Source of the DNA: Octopus sinensis
Lineage: Eukaryota
Assembly (NCBI RefSeq): GCF_006345805.1
Contig: NC_042997.1
Coordinates: 145,762,001 to 145,826,000 of the forward strand
Direction: 5' to 3'
Length of the DNA stretch: 64,000 bases
In this document: one piece after another, positions 13,301 to 26,690 of the stretch
Layout of the letters: every line of letters starts with the position of its first letter
How positions within the stretch are numbered: position 1 is the stretch's first letter
The notes under the pieces: generated by a model
Databases searched by the model: none
Seen by the model: the letters and a program-made list of their open reading frames with translations, nothing else
What the model was told of the DNA's origin: nothing
Translations under genes and position numbers: made by a program

Positions 13301-13955
13301 GAAATATGTTCCCTACAAAAGGCCATCTTACAAATAGAGTTTCAGTATTTCAAATCTAATACAGTCACTTTAATCTAGCTCTTTGGTTCTCCGATATCTT
13401 CAGTTAATACTCAACGTAATAAAAAGTACAACCAGCCGCCACTTGAAGTGCGTATGGCTTAGTAAACATGTGCTCCTCTTTTGCTAATTGTTTTGGGTGT
13501 TATTGTAGAATGTAATTGGGAACAGACATAGACACACTCACGGTCCTCTCACGCTTGACATTGCAAAACATCCAGGATGTGGCTGAAACCTGGAAGAACA
13601 GAATTGCACCAGCATCCGGGTACTAATGCGAAATGATCTATTCTTTTCAAGGCTACAATCTGACACTTGGTGCATGGATTGCGAGCCGGATGCTCTAACA
13701 ACTAGGCTACGAACCTATTTTGAATGAAATAAAAATGTACATAAATGTTCTACAGAAGATCCTTTATTTCTTGACGGCAATTACGTCCATAGCTTTCCAA
13801 GTTTATCGAGGACTTTATTAACCATAAGTGGCTCTTTACAACCCAGTGTTTGCTGATAGCCTATATTTTCACAATTCACTCATATGGCCAAAAAGTATTG
13901 ATATATGGCATTTCTAGAATTAAATTCCTAATATGAACATTATTTCTAATTTTTA

Positions 13956-14375
13956 AGGCAGCGACCTTGCAGATTCGTTATCGCCCCAGACAAAAATGCT
14001 TAGCGGCATTTCGTCCGTGTCTATGTTCTGCGTTCAAATGTTGACTATACCTTTCATCTTTTGGGGTCGACAAAATTAGTACCAGTTGAACACTGGGGTC
14101 TATGTAATCGATACACCTCTTCCCTCAAAATTACTAGCCCTATCCAAAATTTAAAATTAATATTATTTCTAATTTTGGCACAAGGCCAGTCATTAGAGGA
14201 GGGGGCTTAGTTGAATATATCAAACCTCAATACGTAACTGATATGTAATTATCACCCTCTGAAAGAATGAAAGACAACGTCAGTCGCGGTGGAATTTAAA
14301 CCCAGAAGGCAATGAACCAGAAGCGATGCTAAGAATTTTGTTCAACTAGGTAACGATTCTTCCAGTTCGCCGTTT
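13956..14375. mobile_element. Two Nin/Deu-domain-type SINEs (family B), tail-to-tail
   Basis: + copy ~13956-14165 and - copy ~14170-14375 share ctttcatc...ggggtcga..aaat.agtacc core with 29188-29958. Confidence 0.65.
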
Positions 14376-14790
14376 TATTCTTCATAAATCATCCTTTAAA
14401 TTATTGAAATACTAGGAAGTAAACGCCATTAATCAAAATATTAAATGAAACGTACAATGTATACACAAAACTTTATATAAAACTACTTTAAACGCATTTA
14501 TGTTTGAAGCAACAATGGAAAATTTCTCGGAAAAACATGTTCTTTCGGCATCACCCAAATAACGAAAAGCAGAAAATCTATTTCTAGAACTTAAAAAATC
14601 AAGGATTGTGTTTTCCAAGCCATTCATTAGTGGTGAAATGAAAATAAATATACCTTTACTCTGACTACAAGACCCGTTGCAAACATAGTATGTTTTTTTA
14701 AATTATTTAAATTTTTTATTTGTTTCAGTCGTTTGACTGCAGCCATAGTGGAGCACCACCTTTAAAAATTGAAGCAGTCCAGCTACCGGA

Positions 14791-14855
14791 TGCCGGAACC
14801 ATGGAGTGAACCATGGACCTTTAGTCTAACGCTCCCCCATTTGAACTATTTCGGT
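14791..14855 (-). pseudogene. tRNA-Phe(GAA) pseudogene with the anticodon deleted
   Basis: Minus strand ACCGAAATAGTTCAAATGGGGGAGCGTTAGACT-AAAGGTCCATGGTTCACTCCATGGTTCCGGCA matches metazoan tRNA-Phe lacking GAAGATCT. Confidence 0.8.
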
Positions 14856-15074
14856 TGTTTACTTAATTCCTTTTCACTAAATGTTGTTTGTATTGATGGT
14901 GGATTAGAATATAGAAAAATCAAGTGTGTTTAGGAGCAGGCCGATACTTCGAACTTACTCTCGTCCTTCTTTTAAAAGTATGATAACTAAGTTCTCCACA
15001 AAATTATTAATTATTCAGTTTAATGTGAAACTGTTTTTATTATAACTCGACAGAGAACCGAATATTAATATATA

Positions 15075-16032
15075 TCTCCCTCTATATAAACGGCAGTTTG
15101 TCTGTCTGTGTGTCTATGTGTCTGTCAGGTTGTACCCTCACCCTGACCACGGCTTTCAACCGATTCTGATGAAACTTGACACACACATAGCCCAATGTCA
15201 TAATTCAAAACTAACGCAGCGAAAATTTTGAAAAGTTCCCCCAGTTCTGAAAAAAATCGATAAATTCGACATGAGGTCGAGAATCAGAAACACAAACCAC
15301 AGACTGTCTAGGGGACGCAACTCGACCTTTTTAACTCAACTCCATCAATATCCAGCTACTTAAAGCTATTCCTGGTGATGTCTACGTCTACAAATCTATT
15401 GATAGGACAGCAGATCCCGCCGAGCTTGCCGATTATCCTGTTGAATTCCTGAATTCACTTGAACCGCCAGGCCTGCCGCCACACATCCTGAAGTTAAAAG
15501 TTGGTGCGCCCATTATGCTCATCAGGAATTTGGTTCCACCTAAACAGAGCAACGGCACACGTCTGGTTGTGAAACATTTGCTACCACATTTAATAACGCC
15601 ACAATACTTACCGGTTGTGGGAAGGGAGAGGACGTCTTCATTCCACGCATGCACCTTCAACCGTCGGGCGCTGACCTACCAATCCACTTCAGGCGTTCTA
15701 AGTTTCCTGTTAAACTCTGCTTCGCAATGTCCATCAATAAATCCCAAGGCCAAAACGCTACAAGTCGCTGGATTACAGTTGGGCGAACAGTGCTTCGCCC
15801 ACGGTCAACTCTACGTGGGCTGTTCACGCGTTGGGAGAGGCAATGATGTTTTCATGTTTTCGCCCAAAGGGACAGCTAGGAACATCGTATACACAGAAGT
15901 ATTCGAGTGAAAAGAAGACATTGCAACCTACACATGCGCCTTCGTTCCCTAGAGGGAAAGGACTAGATTGGTATTAGTCGTTGCCTACTAGGGGCTCTTA
16001 CATACCCGGGCAACGCCGGACTATGCTGCTAG
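15075..16032 (+). mobile_element. Non-autonomous Helitron with both termini
   Basis: A|TC at 15074/15075, subterminal ccgggcaacgccgg hairpin, CTAG|T at 16029-16033; contains helicase fragment. Confidence 0.9.
15338..15910 (+). pseudogene. C-terminal Pif1-like (SF1B) helicase fragment of Helitron RepHel
   Basis: YPVEFLNSLEPPGLPPHILKLKVGAPIMLIRNL, NGTRL, FPVKLCFAMSINKSQGQ, HGQLYVGCSRV; frameshifts near 15593 and 15752. Confidence 0.9.
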
Positions 16033-16060
16033 TATATAATATGTATGTATGTATTTTTTA

Positions 16061-16253
16061 TTTTTACTTGTTTCAGTCATCTGACTGCGGCCATGCTGGA
16101 GCATCACCTTTAGTCGAACAAATTGACCCCAGGACTTAGTCTTTGTAAGTCTAGTACTAATTCTATCGATCTTTTTTGCTGAACCGCTAAGTAACAGGGA
16201 CGTAAACATACCAACATCGATTGGCAAGCGATGGTGGGGGGGACAAGCACAGC

Positions 16254-16297
<44 letters not shown>

Positions 16298-16463
16298 CGA
16301 TGGGCTTCTTTCAGTTTCCATCTACTAAATCCACTCACAAACCTTTGATCGACCCGAGACTATAGTAGAAGACACCTGCCCAAGGTGCCATCTGAAGACG
16401 GGACTGAACTCGGAACCATGTGGTTGGGAAGCAAGCTTCTTACGACATGGCAACTCCTGCACC
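16061..16463 (-). mobile_element. Family A SINE, full length
   Basis: Reverse-complement match to 1480-1858. Confidence 0.85.
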
Positions 16464-16488
16464 TATTTATAAATATTTTATTCTTCTA

Positions 16489-16703
16489 TTCCTTACTTGC
16501 TTCAGTCATTTGACTGCGGCCATGCTGGAGTACCCCAGACGAACAAATCCACCCCAGGACTTATTCTTTGTAAGCCTAATACTTATTCTATCGGTTTCTT
16601 TTTGCCGAACCTCTATAGTAGAAGACAGTTGCCTAAGGTGCTAAACAGTGGAACCATGTTGTTGAGAAACAAGCTTCTTACCACACATCCACTCCTGAGC
16701 CTA
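16489..16703 (-). mobile_element. Family A SINE, internally deleted
   Basis: Tail and head present, middle missing (gccgaacc|tctatagtag). Confidence 0.75.
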
Positions 16704-16939
16704 ATTACACGCTCATGTTGATCATGTCTCCTCCGTTCACCTAACGAACTTTTACGGATTCTCTGCCTGGACTTTCTACTCTCGTACACTTCAGCTGCAC
16801 CTCTCCTGCACATGGATTATACTGGACTCCTCTGTTGATGAGAAATTGCTTCAATACACCACAACTTTCGAAGCTTTTGAACCTTTTGAATTTTTCGTAA
16901 CTTTTTTTATACTTTCTAAACTTTTTTGTACTTTCTGCT

Positions 16940-17106
16940 TTTTAGCCACTACACATTCTTTATTTTCTCTCCTTGTTTCTTTCTGTGAACCTTTCTGTGG
17001 AGGAGCGTAGGCTCGAAACGTTAAAGACTTTTTCATTTCCCAAGCATTATACTAATATATCTGTTTCTTGTCTACACACCTGTCTTCGTCTTTTGTTTAT
17101 TCTCCC

Positions 17107-17110
<4 letters not shown>
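16940..17110 (+). mobile_element. Short pLTR-like repeat with CTGT-N-GA hammerhead variant
   Basis: ctttCTGTGGAggagcgtaggctcGAAACGTTaaag at 16991-17026; homologous to 22762, 48600, 50380. Confidence 0.75.
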
Positions 17111-17156
<46 letters not shown>

Positions 17157-17736
17157 GGTCCCGGGTTGATTCGGGGTTAACCACAGTAAATAAGGTACTC
17201 AATACATAGCAGAGTAAAATTAATTTATTATATGAGCTTCCTGAAGATTTCTCTTGAATGAAACAGTTCTAGTCCTGTAGAAGCTCCTTCTATATAATAA
17301 ATATATATATATAAATATATATTATATATATATATTTGGGAATACGAATTTCCAAATCAATCAGGTACAACCCTTTAGCAGTATATGCATCTGCATATCG
17401 TACAGTGGGGGCTCTCACTTATCATTTATTTATATATTTATCTAGAAGTGTACAAAATATATAATAGAAACAATAATATTCAGTTTTGGGGATTAATAGT
17501 AGTGAGTATTCTATTTCAGATTAATGCAAAAAACACATAATGAGTAGATCTATAAGTAATACTCGTGGTATCTATATGCCCATCATAATATACCTTTAAA
17601 GGATATAACCAGAGGACCAGCAGGTATAAATATATTTACTTAATTATCTCTTATTAAGTTATAATTTAAATTATCAGTTATGAAGAAGTAAACGTTCTCA
17701 GTATTGAAAAAATATAATATATACGCATAGACATCA

Positions 17737-17749
17737 TATATATAAATAA

Positions 17750-17817
<68 letters not shown>

Positions 17818-18047
17818 AATAATATATATATATATAAATATATATATTATATAAATATCATATATTATATAACTATATATATATATATAATATATATATT
17901 ATATATAATATATATATATATATAAATAATATATATATATAAATATATATATAGTATATATAATAATATATATAAATATATATATATAATAAATATATAT
18001 ATATATAATAAATAATATAGTATATATAAAATATATATATATAATAA

Positions 18048-18078
<31 letters not shown>

Positions 18079-18204
18079 ATAAATATATATATGATATATA
18101 TATATAAATATATATCTATATATATAAATATATATATATATAAATATATATATAATTAAAAATATATATATATATATATATAAATATATATATTATATAA
18201 ATAT

Positions 18205-18257
<53 letters not shown>

Positions 18258-18364
18258 AATATATATAATATATATTATAAATATATATATATATATATAT
18301 AAATATATATATATATAATATATAAATATATATAATAGTAATATATATATAAATATATATATTC

Positions 18365-18440
<76 letters not shown>

Positions 18441-18575
18441 AATATAATATATATATATATATATATATCTATATATAATATAATATATATATATATAGAT
18501 ATAAATATATATATATATATATAAATATATATTATATATAATATATATATATATATATAATATAATAAATATTAT

Positions 18576-18628
<53 letters not shown>

Positions 18629-18682
18629 AATATATATATATATTATATAGTATATATATAATATCTATTATATATATATAAA

Positions 18683-18722
<40 letters not shown>

Positions 18723-18723
18723 T

Positions 18724-18754
<31 letters not shown>

Positions 18755-18833
18755 AATATATATATATATTATATATATATATATATATATATCTATATAT
18801 ATATATATATATAATATATATGATATATAATAA

Positions 18834-18865
<32 letters not shown>

Positions 18866-18895
18866 TATATATATAAATATATATATATATAATAA

Positions 18896-18967
<72 letters not shown>

Positions 18968-19025
18968 AATATATATAATATATATATATATATATCTATA
19001 TATATATATATATATATAGAAATAT

Positions 19026-19063
<38 letters not shown>

Positions 19064-19064
19064 C

Positions 19065-19103
<39 letters not shown>

Positions 19104-19195
19104 TCAATATATATATATATATAATAAATATATATATAATATATAATATATATATAATATATATATATATATAAATATATATATATATTATATTA

Positions 19196-19241
<46 letters not shown>

Positions 19242-19266
19242 AATAATATATATATATATATAATAT

Positions 19267-19299
<33 letters not shown>

Positions 19300-19324
19300 A
19301 ATATAATATATATATATATACTAT

Positions 19325-19380
<56 letters not shown>

Positions 19381-19477
19381 TATATATAAATATAATATAT
19401 ATATATATAAAATATAATGAGGGTGAAATTAATTATATATTGGAAAAATTATATAAATTATATATAATATATATAAT

Positions 19478-19531
<54 letters not shown>

Positions 19532-19539
19532 ATATATAA

Positions 19540-19570
<31 letters not shown>

Positions 19571-19590
19571 CTATATAGATATATATAAAT

Positions 19591-19621
<31 letters not shown>

Positions 19622-19651
19622 AATAATATATATATTAAATATATATATATT

Positions 19652-19697
<46 letters not shown>

Positions 19698-20098
19698 AAT
19701 ATATATATATATAAAATATATATATATATAAATATATATATAAATATATATATATAAAGATATATATAAAATATATATATATATAAATATATATATATAA
19801 TATATTATAATATAAATTATATATATATATACTATATATATAATATAAATATATAATATAATAAATATTATATATATATAAATATATATAATATATAAAA
19901 ATATAATATATATATAAAATATATATATATCTATATATAATATATATATATATATATATAAATATATATAAATATATATATATATAATATATATAAATAT
20001 ATATATATATAAATATATATATATAATATCTATATATATAAATATATATATAATAAATATATATATATATATAAATAATATTATATATAAATATATAT

Positions 20099-20130
<32 letters not shown>

Positions 20131-20308
20131 TATAAATATATATATATATAAATATATAATTATAAATTATATCTATAAATATATCTATATATATAGATAT
20201 ATATATATATATATATAAATATATATATATTATATAATATATATATATATATAAATATATATATATATTATATATATAAAATATAGTATATATAATATAA
20301 ATATCTAT

Positions 20309-20339
<31 letters not shown>

Positions 20340-20455
20340 ATAAATATATATATATATTATAAATATATATATATATATATAAATATAGATATATATATAT
20401 AAAATATATATTATAAATATATATATATATATAGATATAGATATATATATATATA

Positions 20456-20491
<36 letters not shown>

Positions 20492-20516
20492 GAAATATAT
20501 ATATATATAAATAATA

Positions 20517-20574
<58 letters not shown>

Positions 20575-20670
20575 TATTAAAATATATCGATTATATAGTA
20601 ACTATATATATATAATAAATAATATATATATATATTATAAAATATTATATATATAATAAATATATATATC

Positions 20671-20702
<32 letters not shown>

Positions 20703-20773
20703 GATAAATATATAATATATATATATATATATTATAAATATATATATATATATTATATAGAATATATATATAT

Positions 20774-20818
<45 letters not shown>

Positions 20819-20946
20819 TATAATATATATAAATATATATATAATATAAATATATAATATATATATATATATATATAAAATATATATATATAAATATATA
20901 TATATAATATATATAGATATATAATTATATAATAAAATATAATATT

Positions 20947-20979
<33 letters not shown>

Positions 20980-20981
20980 AA

Positions 20982-21033
<52 letters not shown>

Positions 21034-21063
21034 TATATTATATATAAATATAATATATATATA

Positions 21064-21096
<33 letters not shown>

Positions 21097-21398
21097 GATA
21101 TTATCTATATATAATATATAAATATATATATATATTACTATCTTATATATATATATATATATATATTCTATATATATTATATATATATTAAATATATAAT
21201 CTATATATATATATTATATATAAAATATATAAATATATATAATATATATATATATAAAATATATATATATATATATATTATATAAATATATCTATATATA
21301 TATAAATATATATATAAATATATATATTATATATAATATATATATATATATATAAATATCTTACTATATAAATATATATATATAGATATAATATATAT

Positions 21399-21431
<33 letters not shown>

Positions 21432-21461
21432 AATATACTTATTAAATATATATATATATAG

Positions 21462-21500
<39 letters not shown>

Positions 21501-21575
21501 ATATATAAAATATATATCTATATAAATATATATATAGATATATATATATCTATATATATAAATATATATAATATA

Positions 21576-21607
<32 letters not shown>

Positions 21608-21738
21608 CTATATATAAATATATATATATATATATAATATATATATATATATATTATATATATATATATAATATATAAATATATATATATATATATATAA
21701 ATTATATATATATATATATATATATAAGATATATATAT

Positions 21739-21772
<34 letters not shown>

Positions 21773-21845
21773 ATATATAATATATATATATATATATTAA
21801 TAAATATATATATATATATATATTATATATATAAATAATATATAT

Positions 21846-21928
<83 letters not shown>

Positions 21929-21940
21929 TATATAATATAT

Positions 21941-21974
<34 letters not shown>

Positions 21975-21985
21975 ATATATATATA

Positions 21986-22042
<57 letters not shown>

Positions 22043-22052
22043 ATATATATAT

Positions 22053-22086
<34 letters not shown>
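17737..22086. repeat. ~4.3 kb degenerate (TA)n/(TAAA) tract ending in (GA)n
   Basis: Almost no C or G over more than 4 kb. Confidence 0.95.
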
Positions 22087-22088
<2 letters not shown>

Positions 22089-22130
22089 CATGTAATCATC
22101 ATATTTACAATTCTACCAACATATCTTCAG

Positions 22131-22761
22131 GTTCTATTTCAAAATATTGTTAATCTAATTTTACAACATCTTAAAATTAAGTGTTAAATTAAACACTACA
22201 TTACACTTTAAAAATTATACTTTATAAAGTTAAGAATTAAAAATTATAAATTATAAATTATACATTATAGATATGAATTAGTATACATATATCAAACTTA
22301 TAAAGTGAAGTATATAATGAGAAATACAAAATATAAGATATAAACTATACATCAGAATTAAAATATTTGTGATTAAAAGCGAAAAATAAAATAAAAAGTG
22401 CAAATACATATCCTCCTATGGTGGAACCAAGATGTCTTTCAAAATGGTGATTAGAGGTAAGACATCTTGGTTCTACCATAGGAGGATATGTATTTGCACT
22501 TTTATGTTATTTTTCACTTTTAATCACAGACATTTTTATTCTGATGTATATTTTATATCTTATATTTTGTATTTGACATTATATACTTGACTTTAATATA
22601 TGTATACTAATTCATCTTTATTATGTATAATCTATAATTTACAAATAATTCTTAACTTTATAAAGTATAATTTTTAATCTTTAATGTTTAATTTAATATT
22701 TAATTTAACACTTAATTTTAAGGTAGTGTAAAATTAGATTAACAATATTCTGAAATAGAAC
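22131..22761. repeat. ~630-bp palindrome (arms 22131-22438 and 22459-22761, 20-nt loop)
   Basis: Arms near-identical at the loop and outer ends, more diverged in the middle. Confidence 0.9.
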
Positions 22762-22905
22762 GTGTGTTCCTTTCTGTCGAAGAGCGTGGGCTCGAACCGT
22801 AAAAGACTTTCTCACTTCCCGAGCGTTAAACTAATACATGAATTTGTTGCTGACACACCCGTCTTCGTCTTTTGTTTTTTGTTTTTTTGTAAATTCTCAC
22901 TATAT
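22762..22905 (+). mobile_element. Short pLTR-like repeat with CTGT-N-GA hammerhead variant
   Basis: ctttCTGTCGAagagcgtgggctcGAACCGTAaaag at 22770-22805; ends in (TA)n. Confidence 0.75.
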
Positions 22906-23014
22906 ATATGTGTGTGTGTGTGTATCGTCGGCAAAACATAAATCCGAAAAAAATTACACTCTAAGTTATAGAGCAGAAGAGTATATAGATAAAGGTAGAT
23001 ATGGCCGGTCTATC

Positions 23015-23062
<48 letters not shown>

Positions 23063-23196
23063 ATAGATAGATAGATAGATAGATAACACTCATATATGCA
23101 TTTATGGACATATGTACTTTTTATCATTTTTAATCGGTAAAAAGTTCTGGAAGTGACTCAAGTGCCGAGAATTTCGTTCATCACTCTTATTAAACA

Positions 23197-23582
23197 CTAG
23201 CAGTATCGCCCGGCGTTGCTCAGGTTTGTAAGGGAAATAACTATAAAGCATTTTTAGAGAGTTATAGCCAAAAAATAGCAAAAAAATGGAAAAAAATGAT
23301 GGTAAATTTTTTTTTTTAGTTAAAAAAGGTGGAGTTGCGTCCCCTAGACAGTTTGCGGTTTGTGTTTCTGATTCTCGACCCCATGTCGAAATTATCGGGG
23401 TTTTTTTCAGAACTGGGGGAACTTTTCAAAATTTTCGCTGCGTTAGTTTTGAATTATGACATTGGGCTATGTGTGTGTCAAGTTTCATCAGAATCGGTTG
23501 AAAGCCGTGGTCAGGGTGAGGGTACAAGCAAACAGACACACAGAAACACGCACAGACAAACTGCCGTTTATATAGAGAGAGA
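23197..23582 (-). mobile_element. Non-autonomous Helitron (386 bp)
   Basis: Minus-strand A|TC and CTAG|T ends; first ~265 bp shared with 15075 element; 3' end shared with 36689 element. Confidence 0.88.
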
Positions 23583-24499
23583 TGGTTGTGTTACTTTTCT
23601 AACTTTCTACCTATTTAAAATAATAGAAAGGTGTACACGTGAACTGGATTCTATTTCTCCCGTTTGTTCTAACCAAACTTGTACATAACACGCACTCACA
23701 CACACAAATGCACACGCGTACACCAAGAGTTTCAGGGATTTAGTTACCTTAATACGTAGTCACACGCGATTGCATGTATAAACGATAAAAGATTGCACCC
23801 ATTATCTATGTATCTATGAATATATGAATAACTACTCACATTGAAAGAAGAACGAAACAAAAACGCTTGATTTCACGCATAACTTCATAGAGTTAAATTG
23901 TTTAATGTCTATCAAAACAATATTAAAATGCAATCTCTATCTATCAGTGTGTTTAAAATCCCCGGTACAACTTTTCTGTTAACTGAACTGGATCGCTGCT
24001 TCTGGGAGCAGTTTAAATACTTGATGAAGGTGGGTGGGTTTAATAAATGTTTACTTATACTTTTACATGGAGATAATAAAAACAGGTTTTGAATTCAATC
24101 CTGAATTATATATTGGTTTAGTCGAGTGAAAATTAGAACAATAGATACGTAAATTTAGAAACAAAAAGCTTGCTTATCGATCGGTGGATTAGCAGGAATG
24201 TTAGAACATCAAACGAAATGAGTTGTGGCATTTAGCTGTCGTTCTTTACTGTCGGATCTCAAATCTCGGCGGGAATCTTTGTGGTATTTCGTTGCGGTCC
24301 TTTACAGTCTGAGCTGAAATCCCAGCGGGAATCTAAATGCCTCTCCATTTTGCAAGGTTGATAGAGAGCCAGCAATATACTAAGGTCGATTATGTTCGAC
24401 TGCTTCCCATCCTCACATGCATAAGAAATGAGAATTTATGGTTTGACATCGTCACGCATACGGTTCGTATCATTATATTTATTAGTATTTAAGACTTTA

Positions 24500-24915
24500 T
24501 TAAAGCGGTGAGTGAGCAGAAATGTTAGCACACCAGACGAAATGTCTAGTGGTATTTTACCCGTATTTACGTTCTGAGTTCAAATTCCACTTTGCCTTAC
24601 ATCCTTTCTGGCTCGTTAAAATAAATACCAGTTGGGTGTTGTGGGTAATGTAATTGACTTACTCCCACCCCCCGAACTTGCTAGTTTGGGGACAAAATTT
24701 TAAACCAATATTTAGATTTTATTAAAGCGGCGAGCGGGCAGAATCGTTGGCACGCCGAACGACATCCTTCTAAATCTTTACTTTCTAAATTCAAGTTCCA
24801 CTATGATCAACTTTGCCTTTCATCCTTTTGAGGTTGATGAAACTGAAAACTTGAGTCATTGCAATCGACTTGCTTCTCCCCACAAGATTGCTGGCCTTGT
24901 GCCCAAATTTGAAAC
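24500..24915 (+). mobile_element. Two family B (Nin-type) SINEs in tandem
   Basis: Heads at ~24505 and ~24728 with ctttgcct..catcctt core. Confidence 0.65.
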
Positions 24916-25034
24916 AATACATATGATTTTATTAATTACATGTACGAGAATGAGTCAGAAAGTAATGCTAACAAGAGCACTCAGAGAGTGCTGACCTTGT
25001 GTCTAGATCGAAAACCGTTAGTTTCAACTGCTAT

Positions 25035-25352
25035 TTTTTTGCTTGTTTCAGTCATTAGACTGCGGCCATACTGGGGTACTGCCGTGAAAGGCTTAATCGA
25101 ACCAAACAATGAACTTCTACACATTTTGTTTTTTGGAAGCCTGGCACTAATTCTATCAGCACCAGTTGTCAAGTGGCGGTGGGACACACACACACAAACA
25201 AACACACACACATATATCTCCACACGACAGACTTCTTTTCCCGTCTAGCAAATTTGAGCTATAGCAGAAAACAATTTCCCAACGTACTACGCAACGGGAC
25301 CGAACTCGGAACCATGTGGTTGAGAAGCAAACATTTTATCACGCACCCACGC
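25035..25352 (-). mobile_element. Decayed family A SINE
   Basis: gtttcagtcattagactgcggccat tail and gaactcggaaccatgtgg head on the minus strand. Confidence 0.7.
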
Positions 25353-26189
25353 TGTTTATTAAGTATATTGGAGGACAAATAAATATATAAATAAAATTAA
25401 AATGTGATCTGGGGGAATTTGGTTGCTATTTGTAACACATCGATATGTCAAATCGGACAGGCATGTGCAGCCTTTTTCGAAAAGCAGGCCGCATGAGAGA
25501 TGTCTTGTCATCAGGCGGACCGCCCTACTAAAAATATTCAAGATAATTTTTCGTTAGGCGTACCATTCAGAAAGTCTTGCGGGCCGCACTTTGCCCATAA
25601 CTCACATAGATGCTCACTCATTGTCTCCTTGGTCAATATGGCAATACAGGTAGTAAACTTTTACTTTATATTTTTATAAATATAATTTTATAAATTTTTA
25701 TATTTCTATTTCGTCCTCCAATTTGATTTGTTAGATATTTTTCTTTCACCGTTTCAGATGGGAAAAGAGACAGGAGCATAATGTTTTCAAGTAAAGAAAC
25801 ACTAGAAAAAATTATTTATTTCCCTTATTTCCCTTACACCACTAATAACATAGACAGAAAAATAAACTTTACATTAACCTCATATTCACATTTCCGTTTT
25901 TCGATGAATTTGCGAATTTACATTAAAAAAGATCTGCGAGACTACTATAAATTCAAGAATTGAAGTGAATATAAATCTGGATATTTCATGCAAAATAAAA
26001 TTTATATTCTTTCTTCCATAATAATCATCTAAAAACAAGATCATAGTTTGTGACTAGAAATATGGATCTCTAATATTTACTTACAATTTTCAACATACTT
26101 GATATGACACTGACGTCCAGGGTCTCTGTATGCTCCTGAAAGTCAGTTTTCAAAAAAACACGTCTGATAAACAGTAATCATATTTGTTC

Positions 26190-26690
26190 ACCATTTGGGA
26201 ATCATTGAAGATTTCGCAGCATCAGCGCATGCTAGACCTCAACGCGACGGGTGTTTACAAAAAATGGAGCGCATGACTAGCGGAACGTATTCCTCAAATT
26301 AAAGAGACTCTGCAACCGAGTCATACGTGAAATGGCGTATGTCACGATGGTCAAATAGTAGTAGATGGCAGAAACTATGTAGGCGTCCACCAACTCTGCA
26401 TGACCTTTCAGTGACAGATTTCTCTCGGTCCATTTCTAGACCAAACTAGTCAACTTACTAGTCACCTCGTCCTAATTCTTCTCCACCTGGCGATGTAGAC
26501 CAAACCATATTCCAAGCATTTTAACCAGTCCGTCTATCTGGCACCCACCGATGTTGCTGGAAGTTCTCTCCCAGTGCCAAGCTGCAAACCCACTAAATAT
26601 CTGTCTTATATTTTGGTGTATGTCACTGCATAAGTAATACTTTGGTTCTCTTACCCTCAACCTGCACGAACTGTTGCAAATTACTCGGCA
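26190..26690 (-). pseudogene. L1/Tx1-like LINE ORF2 remnant (post-RT region)
   Basis: DGLVKMLGIWFG...QVEKN*DEVTSKLTSLV*KWTERNLSLKGHAELVDAYIVSAIYY resembles the Tx1 LGVWFG...LSLKGR motif. Confidence 0.6.

Noticed and set aside
17245-17285. CTGAAGA...GAAACAGTT motif
   Set aside because: Stem II only 3 bp and no stem I pairing
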